A DNA stretch of 64,000 bases from Chitinophagaceae bacterium (GCA_043737055.1 JAYTBG010000001.1:806-64805), one strand, 5' to 3'; positions 47,407 to 56,357 are shown, counted from the first letter of the stretch. Numbers and translations: made by a program. The notes: generated by a model from the sequence alone, not told the origin.

Positions 47407-48005
47407 ATGAAATTCGCCCTTACTTTTCTTGGCCTTTTTGTATTCGCTTCTTCTTTTTCGCAAATTATTTTATCAGCATTTACGACAGTCTACGAAGACC
47501 AGCGCCAACGGGTAATATTAAAATGGAATCACCAGGATACACGGACACTGGCGTATGTAATTGAGAAGAGTGACGACAAGAAAACCTGAGCCACTTCCGC
47601 CGGATAAATCTTGTAAAACCTCAGCAATCGAAATCGATAAACTTTGCCGACGAGCAACCTGGGCAAGGAAAAAATTATTACAAATTGAAAGGAATCTATC
47701 TAAATGCCAGCACTCAATTTACACCCGCTATTATCGTCATTATTGGGCAACACCCAAACAACTGGCTGCTTTACCCGGTGCCCGTGAGAGAGGTACTCAA
47801 CTTACAATATAACGGGACCGCACCTATTTCCGGGGTAATAGCTGTCTTCATCCAAAGTGCAGCAGGCCGGGCTTTTCATAAACTCCGGTTTTCCTCCAAC
47901 ACACGTCTCATCAGCATACCCGTAGCCAACTTGGGCAAAGGCGTCTATGATATCAGTATTGTGGTAAAGGGAAAAATAATGTGGAACCAACGATTTGTAA
48001 AATGA
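47407..48005 (+). pseudogene. Small secreted T9SS type A sorting-domain protein, interrupted by a 1-nt frameshift in an A-run near 47581-47584
   Basis: 47407..47589 encodes a signal peptide and VILKWNHQD..YVIEKSDDKK. The frame entered by a -1 shift (1-nt loss) is open from 47574 and reads NLSHFRRI..GKNYYKLKG..LLYPVPVREVLNLQY..GVYDISIVV (type A CTD). Together they rebuild the W.T..E/ERS.DG..YYRLK module seen in 22946..24085. Confidence 0.7.
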
Positions 48006-48074
48006 AAATTTGGGCACTGCAATCTTCCCGTTTTCTTCCCTATTTTTGCTGCCTCTTAAAATTTAATCTTTTTT

Positions 48075-48638
48075 ATGGCAACAACAGCAGACATGCGTTC
48101 AGGGCTTATTCTCAAAATAGATGGCAGTTTATACACTGTGATTGATTTTGGACAAAACAAAACAGCCAGGGCCGCAGCCAAGGTTTGGGCAAAATTAAAA
48201 GGCGTAGACAATGCCCGCACCATTGAAGTAACATGGAATAGTGGGGAAACGGTTTACCCTGTTCGGGTTGAAAAGAAGCCCTACCAGTATTTGTATAAAG
48301 ATGATACAGGATATAGTTTTATGGATACGGAGACATTTGAGCAAATTACCGTTGCCGAAACTATGATAGATGCACCCAAATTTTTAAAAGATGGCCAGGA
48401 GGTTATGGTTGCAATAAATGGTGAAACAGACTTACCCATGGCTGTTGAATTGCCGGACAAAATTGTTTTACTGGTTACTTACAGCGAGCCAGGTATGCGG
48501 GGAGACACTGCTACCAAAACTTTAAAGCCTGCCACCGTTGAAACCGGGGCTACCGTTAATGTGCCTTTGTTTGTAAATGAAGGTGAGCTGATCCGCATAA
48601 ATGCGAAAACCGGGGAGTATGTAGAACGAGTGAAATAA
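48075..48638 (+). CDS. efp: Elongation factor P, Arg32-type loop variant
   Basis: 187 aa in the conserved efp-accB-accC arrangement. C-terminal blocks YSEPGMRGDTATKTLKPATVETGATVNVPLF. The loop reads FGQNKTARAAAKVWAKLK. Confidence 0.92.
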   Translation: MATTADMRSGLILKIDGSLYTVIDFGQNKTARAAAKVWAKLKGVDNARTIEVTWNSGETVYPVRVEKKPYQYLYKDDTGYSFMDTETFEQITVAETMIDAPKFLKDGQEVMVAINGETDLPMAVELPDKIVLLVTYSEPGMRGDTATKTLKPATVETGATVNVPLFVNEGELIRINAKTGEYVERVK

Positions 48639-48657
48639 GGAACAAGATATTGAAGTC

Positions 48658-48690
48658 AAAGGGGCCGTTCTACGAACTGGCCCTTTTTAA
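48658..48690 (+). terminator. Rho-independent terminator after efp
   Basis: AAAGGGGCC..GGCCCTTTTT stem with an inner GTTC/GAAC extension, followed by a T-run. Confidence 0.55.
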
Positions 48691-48859
48691 ATTTTGGCAA
48701 AATCAGCAACTTTTTTTGAATTTATGCTCTGTTTCCGCCACTTTTGTAGAAAAATAAGCGCTTTTTAGCAACACGTAAAAATTCAGGTGGTTTTTATGAG
48801 TAGGTATTTCTTACCTTAGCCAACTTTCAAATATGCCATACATAAACTAAACTAATCTC

Positions 48860-49345
48860 ATGGACATCAAACAGATTCAGGAGCTTGTGAAGCTCATAAA
48901 TAAAACAACGATTGGAGAAATAACGATTGAAGAAGATGGCACCCGAATAACCATAAAGCAGAAAAAAGATCCTTCTCAAAAAATATACGCACAGGGGGCA
49001 CCCCAGTTAGCCCAAGCCCCACAACCAGCACCGGCAGCAACTCCAGCGGCAGCAGCTAACACTTCTACACCCGCTGCGGCACCTCCGGGTCCAAAGCAAG
49101 ACAATCTTATTACGATTAAAAGCCCAATGATTGGAACCTTTTATCGCCAGGCAGGGCGTGATAAACCCGTTTTAGTAAACATTGGCGACGAGGTAGTTGT
49201 TGGGAAAGTGGTTTGCATCATAGAGGCCATGAAGTTGTTTAACGAAATTGAAAGTGAAATTTCTGGCACCATCGTAAAGGTTTTGGTAGAGGATGCAAGC
49301 CCTGTAGAGTATGATCAGCCTTTGTTTTTGGTAGAACCGGCTTAG
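48860..49345 (+). CDS. accB: Acetyl-CoA carboxylase biotin carboxyl carrier protein
   Basis: Ala/Pro-rich linker and biotinyl-Lys motif IEAMKLFNEI. Confidence 0.92.
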   Translation: MDIKQIQELVKLINKTTIGEITIEEDGTRITIKQKKDPSQKIYAQGAPQLAQAPQPAPAATPAAAANTSTPAAAPPGPKQDNLITIKSPMIGTFYRQAGRDKPVLVNIGDEVVVGKVVCIIEAMKLFNEIESEISGTIVKVLVEDASPVEYDQPLFLVEPA

Positions 49346-49426
49346 ATAAGTAAAAATTAAAAAGTCAAAAGTCAAAACCTTCTTGGCAATTTTTAATTTT
49401 CAATTTTTAATTATTAATTATTTACT

Positions 49427-50764
49427 GTGTTTAAAAAAATATTAATTGCCAATCGTGGAGAAATTGCTTTGCGAATTATTCGTACCTGTAAAGAAATGGG
49501 TATAAAGACTGTGGCTGTTTATTCCACCGCAGACAAGGATAGCCTGCATGTAAAATTTGCAGACGAGGCGGTATGTATTGGTAAACCACCAAGCATAGAT
49601 AGTTACTTGAACATGGCCCACATAATGGCTGCGGCAGAAATTACCAATGCAGACGCCATTCACCCGGGCTACGGTTTTCTTGCTGAAAATGCAAAATTTG
49701 CAAAAATATGCGGCGATCATGGGATTAAATTTATCGGGCCCACGCCAGACATGATCAATGCTATGGGAGATAAGGTAACTGCGAAAGAGACCATGATAAA
49801 AGCTGGTGTGCCTGTAGTGCCGGGTGTAGACGGGCTTTTACAAAATGTAGACCATGCTAAAAGATCTGCCGCAGAAATAGGTTACCCAGTCATGTTAAAA
49901 GCTACAGCCGGTGGCGGTGGCAAAGGGATGCGGGTAGTAACCCAGGAAAGTGAAATTGAAAAAGCCTTCGAAAATGCCAAAACGGAATCAGCGGCTTCCT
50001 TTAAAAACGACGGCCTCTACATGGAGAAATTTGTGGAGGAGCCCCGTCATATTGAAATCCAGATTGCCGGTGATCAATATGGCAACATCAGCCATTTAAG
50101 CGAAAGAGATTGCTCCATTCAAAGACGGCACCAAAAATTGGTGGAAGAATCTCCTTCTCCGTTTATGACAAATGATCTTAGAAACCGTATGGGTGAAGCA
50201 GCTATCCAGGCAGCTCGAGCCATCAATTACGAAAGCGTGGGCACCATCGAATTTTTGGTAGATAAGCACCGTAACTTCTACTTTATGGAGATGAATACCC
50301 GCATACAGGTAGAACATTGCGTAACAGAAGAAGTCATCAACTTTGACCTCATAAAGGAGCAGATAAAAATAGCGGCTGGCGAAAAAGTGAGCGGCAAAAA
50401 TTACTTTCCGCAAATGCACGCCATTGAGTGCCGTATCAATGCAGAAGATCCATACAACGATTTCAGACCAAGCCCGGGAAAAATTACCATTCTTCACCAG
50501 CCTGGTGGTCATGGTGTAAGGGTAGATAGCCATGTGTATGCCGGCTATGTGATTCCACCTTATTATGACAGCATGATTGCAAAATTAATAGCGGTTGCAC
50601 AGACAAGGGAAGAAGCCATCGACACCATGCACCGTGCACTAAGCGAATATGTGATTGAGGGAATCAAAACAACCATTCCCTTTCACCTGCAGCTGATGCA
50701 AAATGAAAATTTTAGAACAGGAAACTTCACGACCAAGTTTATGGACTCCTTCAAAATGCAATAA
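49427..50764 (+). CDS. accC: Acetyl-CoA carboxylase biotin carboxylase subunit
   Basis: [18 protein letters not shown], the ATP-grasp block, and [13 protein letters not shown] start. Confidence 0.95.
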   Translation: MFKKILIANRGEIALRIIRTCKEMGIKTVAVYSTADKDSLHVKFADEAVCIGKPPSIDSYLNMAHIMAAAEITNADAIHPGYGFLAENAKFAKICGDHGIKFIGPTPDMINAMGDKVTAKETMIKAGVPVVPGVDGLLQNVDHAKRSAAEIGYPVMLKATAGGGGKGMRVVTQESEIEKAFENAKTESAASFKNDGLYMEKFVEEPRHIEIQIAGDQYGNISHLSERDCSIQRRHQKLVEESPSPFMTNDLRNRMGEAAIQAARAINYESVGTIEFLVDKHRNFYFMEMNTRIQVEHCVTEEVINFDLIKEQIKIAAGEKVSGKNYFPQMHAIECRINAEDPYNDFRPSPGKITILHQPGGHGVRVDSHVYAGYVIPPYYDSMIAKLIAVAQTREEAIDTMHRALSEYVIEGIKTTIPFHLQLMQNENFRTGNFTTKFMDSFKMQ

Positions 50765-50848
50765 GCCTGCAAAGATGAAAAGTGAAAGGTGAAACCTGCA
50801 TCCGGTTTACATTTGACCTTTGACCTTTCACCTTTCACCTTTCACCAC

Positions 50849-52921
50849 ATGACTGAACTACTGTTAAAAGCATACCGCCACATGTGCACTGCCCAAGCCA
50901 TGGCAGCAGTCTATGAGGCAAACCGCCCCATTTGCAAATATGTTCATAGCACAAGCCGGGGCCATGAAGCCATTCAACTGGCTACGGCTTTTCACCTGCT
51001 GCCCTGCGATTTTGTAAGTCCATATTATCGTGATGAAAGCATGATGCTTGGTCTCGGCTTTTCGCCCTACCAGTTAATGCTGCAACTACTTGCCAAAGGC
51101 GATGATATTTTTACCGGCGGCAGAGAATATTATAATCACCCCAATTTCAGGGGACCAGACAAACCAACCATCATTCACCAAAGCAGTGCTACGGGCATGC
51201 AGGTAATTCCCACTACCGGTATAGCCCAGGGAATAAAATATTTAGAAAAGATAAACTCCCCTCTGCTTCAAAGAGGGGCCGGGGGCGAGGTCCCAATAGT
51301 TATTTGCTCATTAGGCGATGCATCAGTGACAGAAGGAGAAGTGAGCGAGGCCTTGCAGTTTGCAGCATTGCAGCAGTTACCCATCATCTACCTGGTTCAG
51401 GACAATGATTGGGGCATAAGTGTAAGCGCTGCCGAAGCCAGGACTGCCAATGCTTTTGAATTTGTAGAAGGCTTTAAAGGCCTCAATCGAATGAGCATTG
51501 ACGGGAGCAATTTTCAAGAATCTTTTGACGCAATGCAACAAGTGGTGGCAGCAGTAAGGAACAAAAGGGAGCCTTGGCTGGTGCATGCAAGAGTTCCGTT
51601 ATTGGGCCATCATACGAGCGGCGTTAGAAAGGAATTTTACCGAACGGAGGATGACCTTACCAAACATTTTACTGATGATCCTGTTCCAAAACTAAGGACT
51701 GCACTCTTACAAGCTGGTGTGGATGAAAATAGTTTGCAACAAATAGAAACAGAAACTGCGGAGGAAGTAAAAAAAGATTTTGATGCTGCAGTGTCTGCTC
51801 CAGAACCTGATGCAGACACTGTTAGCCATCACATATTTGCTCCGGCTGCCATTACAAAAGAAGCAGGAGAAAGAATTCCGATAGCTAACGGAACAGGAAA
51901 AGAAAAAGTGCTTTTTGTAGATGCTGCATTATTTGCCATTAGGGAAATTATGGAAGAATTTCCGGAAGCGGTTCTATACGGCCAGGATGTAGGGCGCAGG
52001 TTGGGTGGCGTTTTTAGAGAAGCTGCCACACTTGCTGAACAGTTTGGAGATCACCGGGTTTTTAACACTGCCATACAGGAAGCATATATTATCGGATCAA
52101 CCGTAGGCATGAGTGCGGTGGGTGTGAAGCCCATTGTAGAAGTGCAGTTTGCAGATTACATCTATCCCGGCTTAAACCAACTGGTAACAGAAATATCTAA
52201 AAGCTGTTATTTGACCTGCGGAAAATTTCCGGTGCAAACACTCATCCGGGTACCTGTTGGTGCTTATGGCGGTGGCGGCCCTTATCATAGCGGAAGTATA
52301 GAAAGTACACTGCTTACCATCAAGGGAATTTTTATCGTATACCCCAGCAATGCAGCTGATATGAAAGGCTTGATGAAAGCCGCCTTCCTTGATCCTAACC
52401 CTGTGATAATGCTGGAACATAAAGGCCTTTACTGGAGCAAGGTTCCAGGAACAGAAGAAGCTAAAAGTATTGAACCTTCCAGCGACTACATTTTACCGTT
52501 AGGCAAAGGAAATATTGTGTTGCAGGCCAATGAAGAAAATATTTCCAACGGGGAGTCTGCCTGTGTTATCACTTACGGCATGGGTGTTTATTGGGCCAAG
52601 GCCGCTGCCAAACAATTTAATGGAAACATAGAAATCATAGATCTGAGAACGCTGTTTCCTTTAGATGAGGAATTGGTTTTTGCCACTGTAAAAAAACATG
52701 GTAAATGTTTAATTCTTACCGAGGAACAACAAAACAACTCCTTTGCAGAGGCGCTGGCAGGAAGAGTTTCTAAAGCCTGCTTTAAGTTTTTAGATGCCCC
52801 TGTAGAGGTGATGGGTGCGCTGGATTTACCTGCGGTGCCCATGAATATGATATTGGAAAAAGCAATGCTGCCGAGTGCGGAAAAGGTAGAGGTGAGATTG
52901 AGGGAGTTGTTGGAGCATTAG
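50849..52921 (+). CDS. Fused alpha/beta E1 component of a 2-oxo acid (branched-chain-type) dehydrogenase, TPP-dependent
   Basis: The N-terminal half is E1-alpha-like (GDASVTEGEVSEAL..). The C-terminal half is E1-beta-like (VFNTAIQEAYIIG, EVQFADYIYPG). I prefer the ATG at 50849 over the GTG at 50789. Confidence 0.85.
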   Translation: MTELLLKAYRHMCTAQAMAAVYEANRPICKYVHSTSRGHEAIQLATAFHLLPCDFVSPYYRDESMMLGLGFSPYQLMLQLLAKGDDIFTGGREYYNHPNFRGPDKPTIIHQSSATGMQVIPTTGIAQGIKYLEKINSPLLQRGAGGEVPIVICSLGDASVTEGEVSEALQFAALQQLPIIYLVQDNDWGISVSAAEARTANAFEFVEGFKGLNRMSIDGSNFQESFDAMQQVVAAVRNKREPWLVHARVPLLGHHTSGVRKEFYRTEDDLTKHFTDDPVPKLRTALLQAGVDENSLQQIETETAEEVKKDFDAAVSAPEPDADTVSHHIFAPAAITKEAGERIPIANGTGKEKVLFVDAALFAIREIMEEFPEAVLYGQDVGRRLGGVFREAATLAEQFGDHRVFNTAIQEAYIIGSTVGMSAVGVKPIVEVQFADYIYPGLNQLVTEISKSCYLTCGKFPVQTLIRVPVGAYGGGGPYHSGSIESTLLTIKGIFIVYPSNAADMKGLMKAAFLDPNPVIMLEHKGLYWSKVPGTEEAKSIEPSSDYILPLGKGNIVLQANEENISNGESACVITYGMGVYWAKAAAKQFNGNIEIIDLRTLFPLDEELVFATVKKHGKCLILTEEQQNNSFAEALAGRVSKACFKFLDAPVEVMGALDLPAVPMNMILEKAMLPSAEKVEVRLRELLEH

Positions 52922-52985
52922 TTGCGAGGCTTGAATATATTTACGTGTAACTCATTGTTGGGCAAAATTTAAGAGAGACTTTGCT

Positions 52986-53264
52986 ATGATGGAAGGAAAA
53001 TGGATTGGACAATATAACTATGGCGAAGGCTACACAGATATTAGTAAGGGGAAATCTGTCTTTTTTAAACTTGATCTAACCTCAAACGGAGTAGAATTTT
53101 CCGGAACACTCATCGATGAGGAGACAAGAAACATATTTGATGAACCTGGTATAGTAGAAAATGGTTTTTTAGAAAATACCGCTATTTCATTTACTAAAAG
53201 ATATTCATGCTTGTGGGTGGAAAACGAAACTGGTGACATTGAAGTACATCGAGATTTGGAATAG
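52986..53264 (+). CDS. Hypothetical small protein, possibly the first part of a decayed longer ORF
   Basis: 92-aa ORF. The same frame stays open past the TAG for 30 codons, and past a TAA for 17 more. Confidence 0.4.
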   Translation: MMEGKWIGQYNYGEGYTDISKGKSVFFKLDLTSNGVEFSGTLIDEETRNIFDEPGIVENGFLENTAISFTKRYSCLWVENETGDIEVHRDLE

Positions 53265-53670
53265 CATGTAATTTACTATTCCGGAAATTTAATCAACGGG
53301 CGCCTTAAAGGCGATTGGGAAATTCTTAGATTTTTAGTTGATAGTGAAGGGCCTTAAACAGAAACAGATGGATCAGGCAACTGGATGATGACTAAAGCTG
53401 ATCTATTATAAAGACAGCTGTGCTTTGCGATTCTATTGATAAGCAATAATGTTATCAGGAACAGTCTACAGCTCCCCTTAAAAATTTTATTGCTGTAAAT
53501 CGATGATTGCTTTAATGGCTGGGTAATGAAATACCGACGAGCCTAGCCCGGATTGAAGCGAAAATGAGGCAACCCTGTCGGCGGTTGTAAACCCCGGCAG
53601 CGGTTGGCGAATTGCAGCGAAAAGCCGGATACAAATATTGATACCTGTTTGCTGCTGATGCTCACATTTT

Positions 53671-54927
53671 TTAATACTTCTCCATCAAATCCATCGCACT
53701 TTCGTCTACATCTTCCCGTCTTGATTGATACTTAATTCTCCTGCTGCCAAGCAATAAAATCAGCAATGCTATAAACGCACAAGAAGCCATGAGGAGGGCC
53801 AGCGGCAAAGCAGAAGCAGGATTACTTAACCCGATGATGGCTGCTGCCAAAGCTCCAAACGCCATCTGCATTGCACCCATCAATGCCGAGGCAGTGCCCG
53901 CATTTTTTGTAAATGGCGCCATAGAAAGTGCAGAAGAATTGGGGAATGCAAAACCCTGACAACTGAGAAATAGAGAAATAAGAATGATGGTACTGTACAA
54001 ATTTAACAGGTTGAGTGCCGTACCAATTAACAACAAAATGCCTATCACAGTTTGAACACTCAGGGTAACCAAGGTGATTTGCTCACTGGTATATTTTTTT
54101 AGTAACTGGTTGTTAAGCTGGCTGCATAAAATGAGGCCGGCCGCTATGATGGCAAAGATGTAGCCATATTGTTTTTCAGTGGTATGATACAGTTGCATAA
54201 ACACAAAGGGAGAGCCGGCGAGGTAGGCAAATAGTCCAGCGGATGAAATAGCCCCCATCAAGGCATATGTATTAAACTGTGGTACTTTTATTACAGACAG
54301 ATAATTTGCGAAAATAACATTGGCCCTCAATGAGTACGACGAGTCAGCTTTTTTGCTTTCTGGGAGACCAAAAATTACCGCCAATAACACCATGACACCT
54401 ATGACAGTTAAGGCTAGAAAAACACTGTGCCATCCAAAAGCACTGATCAAATAGCTACCCGTAGTGGGCGCACAGATAGGTGCCACTCCGAGAATCAATA
54501 TCATTAACGAAAAAATACGGGCATTTTCATTAAGGGGAAAAATGTCTCTGATCATAGCCCGGGGAGCTACCATACCTACACAGCCTCCCAGTGCCTGGAA
54601 AAAACGAAACACAATCAGTACTTCGATGCTGTTGGAGAAAGCACAACCTATGGAGGCAACGCTGTACAGAATCATGCCGATAATTAACGGCTTTTTTCTG
54701 CCATACCTATCCAGTAATGGACCGCAAAGTAGCTGGCCGATGCAAACGCCTACAAAAAAACTAGCCAGGGAATAAGATATCATATCCACCGAAACGGAAA
54801 GATCTTCTGCCATTGCCGGAAAGCCGGGCAGGTACATATCTATTGAAAAAGGACCAATGGCAGATAACAAGCCAAGGATGACGATGATAACGGTACGGTT
54901 CTTTTGATGGATCGCTTGCATGTACAC
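53671..54927 (-). CDS. MFS transporter, Bcr/CflA-type drug resistance family
   Basis: About 12 TM helices. FSIDMYLPGFPAMAEDL and GPLLDRYGRKKPL motifs. Confidence 0.88.
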   Translation of the reverse strand: MYMQAIHQKNRTVIIVILGLLSAIGPFSIDMYLPGFPAMAEDLSVSVDMISYSLASFFVGVCIGQLLCGPLLDRYGRKKPLIIGMILYSVASIGCAFSNSIEVLIVFRFFQALGGCVGMVAPRAMIRDIFPLNENARIFSLMILILGVAPICAPTTGSYLISAFGWHSVFLALTVIGVMVLLAVIFGLPESKKADSSYSLRANVIFANYLSVIKVPQFNTYALMGAISSAGLFAYLAGSPFVFMQLYHTTEKQYGYIFAIIAAGLILCSQLNNQLLKKYTSEQITLVTLSVQTVIGILLLIGTALNLLNLYSTIILISLFLSCQGFAFPNSSALSMAPFTKNAGTASALMGAMQMAFGALAAAIIGLSNPASALPLALLMASCAFIALLILLLGSRRIKYQSRREDVDESAMDLMEKY

Positions 54928-55188
54928 AATTGTTTGAATATTTCAGGCAGCGTTCGAGGGCGCAAAAATTCTGGAATTGCCAAAATGGTTTTAGCAATTT
55001 TAGAACATCGATAACAGCCACTAGCAAGCTATGTTCAGAAAAAGTTTGTTTAACAGGTTATGCCCTTGCAACCTAAATCATTCCAATTTGCAGCTTCTTC
55101 ATTATTACATTAAGCCAGTTATTTAATACCTGATATCCAGCATCTACTATTCAGTGTCTCCTCACCTATTTATCAAATTATCTCATCA

Positions 55189-55839
55189 TCAAATTATCAT
55201 CCCATCCCTCATATGCACAATCCTGTCGCTCATTTGAGCAAGCTCTTCGTTGTGTGTTACAATTAAAAAGCTCTGCTGAAATTTGTCTCGCAGTTCTATA
55301 AAAAGTTTGTGAAGTTCCCGACCGTTTTCACTATCAAGATTTCCGGTAGGTTCATCGGCCATTACAATATCAGGATTGTTGATCAATGCCCGAGCCACTG
55401 CCACCCTTTGCTGCTCCCCGCCGCTTAGTTGATGTGGTTTGTTTTGAAGTCTTTCCCCAAGGCCAAGGCTTTTCAATAATTCAATCGCCCTTTGCTGTGT
55501 ATCCTTTCTTCGGGCGCCTGCAATCCACCCCGGGATGCACACATTCTCCAGTGCTGTAAACTCAGGCAGCAGGTGGTGAAACTGGAATATAAATCCAATG
55601 TGTTCATTTCGAAATTTTGCAAGCGCCTTGCCAGATAATTTGTCAATGCGTTGGCCATTTAAAAGCACTTCTCCTTTGGCGGGCGTGTCTAAAGTGCCCA
55701 ATATATGAAGCAGGGTACTTTTTCCAGCACCGGATGAACCAACGATACTTACGATCTCTCCTTTTCCAATACTGATGTCTACACCTTTTAGTACATGTAA
55801 CTTATCGTAAAACTTTTCAATATTGGTAGCCGTTAACAT
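55189..55839 (-). CDS. lolD: ABC transporter ATP-binding protein, LolD-like
   Basis: Walker A GSSGAGKST, signature LSGGEQQRV, Walker [13 protein letters not shown] prefer the start at 55839. Confidence 0.8.
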   Translation of the reverse strand: MLTATNIEKFYDKLHVLKGVDISIGKGEIVSIVGSSGAGKSTLLHILGTLDTPAKGEVLLNGQRIDKLSGKALAKFRNEHIGFIFQFHHLLPEFTALENVCIPGWIAGARRKDTQQRAIELLKSLGLGERLQNKPHQLSGGEQQRVAVARALINNPDIVMADEPTGNLDSENGRELHKLFIELRDKFQQSFLIVTHNEELAQMSDRIVHMRDGMII

Positions 55840-56011
55840 CGGTCGAAAATAAAACATTTCATCTTACCGGTAAAATTGGGATTCTAAGCAATTCTAAAGG
55901 CCGATAAATTGGTAAAATGGCTTGAAAAGCAGGGTAAAAAGCATGTTTAAAAAACACTTTTGGTTATTTCGAACTAACGTCTACATTTGCAAAAAATTAA
56001 ACCTATTCACC

Positions 56012-56233
56012 ATGTTTTGGACACTAGAATTGGCCTCCCACCTCGAAGACGCACCCTGGCCCGCAACAAAAGACGAATTAATTGACTATAGCATACGTAG
56101 CGGCGCTCCTATTGAAGTGATTGAGAACCTGCAGGAACTGGAAGACGAGGGCGACCTTTACGAAGGATTGGACGATATATGGCCTGACTACCCTAGCCAG
56201 GAAGATTTCTTTTTTAACGAAGATGAATATTAA
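56012..56233 (+). CDS. Small acidic protein, DUF2795-like
   Basis: WPATKDELIDYSIRSGAPIEVIENLQEL resembles the DUF2795 pattern. I prefer the ATG at 56012. Confidence 0.55.
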   Translation: MFWTLELASHLEDAPWPATKDELIDYSIRSGAPIEVIENLQELEDEGDLYEGLDDIWPDYPSQEDFFFNEDEY

Positions 56234-56280
56234 AAGCCCCCTCCGCTCCCTGAAGGGGAACAAGGAAATCTATAAAAATA

Positions 56281-56316
56281 CAAAGCCCTCTAACTATTTA
56301 GAGGGCTTTGTATTTT
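56281..56316. terminator. Bidirectional terminator between the DUF2795-like gene and fabI
   Basis: CAAAGCCCTC / GAGGGCTTTG perfect 10-bp stem with T-rich flanks. Confidence 0.65.
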
Positions 56317-56357
56317 AAGTCTACCTACAACTGATGTAACAATTTGCAGTTTTAGTT

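Noticed and set aside
47561-47812. 83-aa ORF in the third frame over the frameshifted T9SS gene.
   Set aside because: The two other frames carry the recognisable signal peptide, module and CTD. This frame has no motif and is Arg/Lys-rich noise.
50789-50848. GTG start at 50789 for the fused E1 gene, which would add MKPASGLHLTFDLSPFTFHH.
   Set aside because: The extension is a translation of the heptamer repeat/hairpin spacer. The ATG at 50849 begins the conserved MTELLLKAYRHM region. The idea is kept only as a caveat in the repeat finding.
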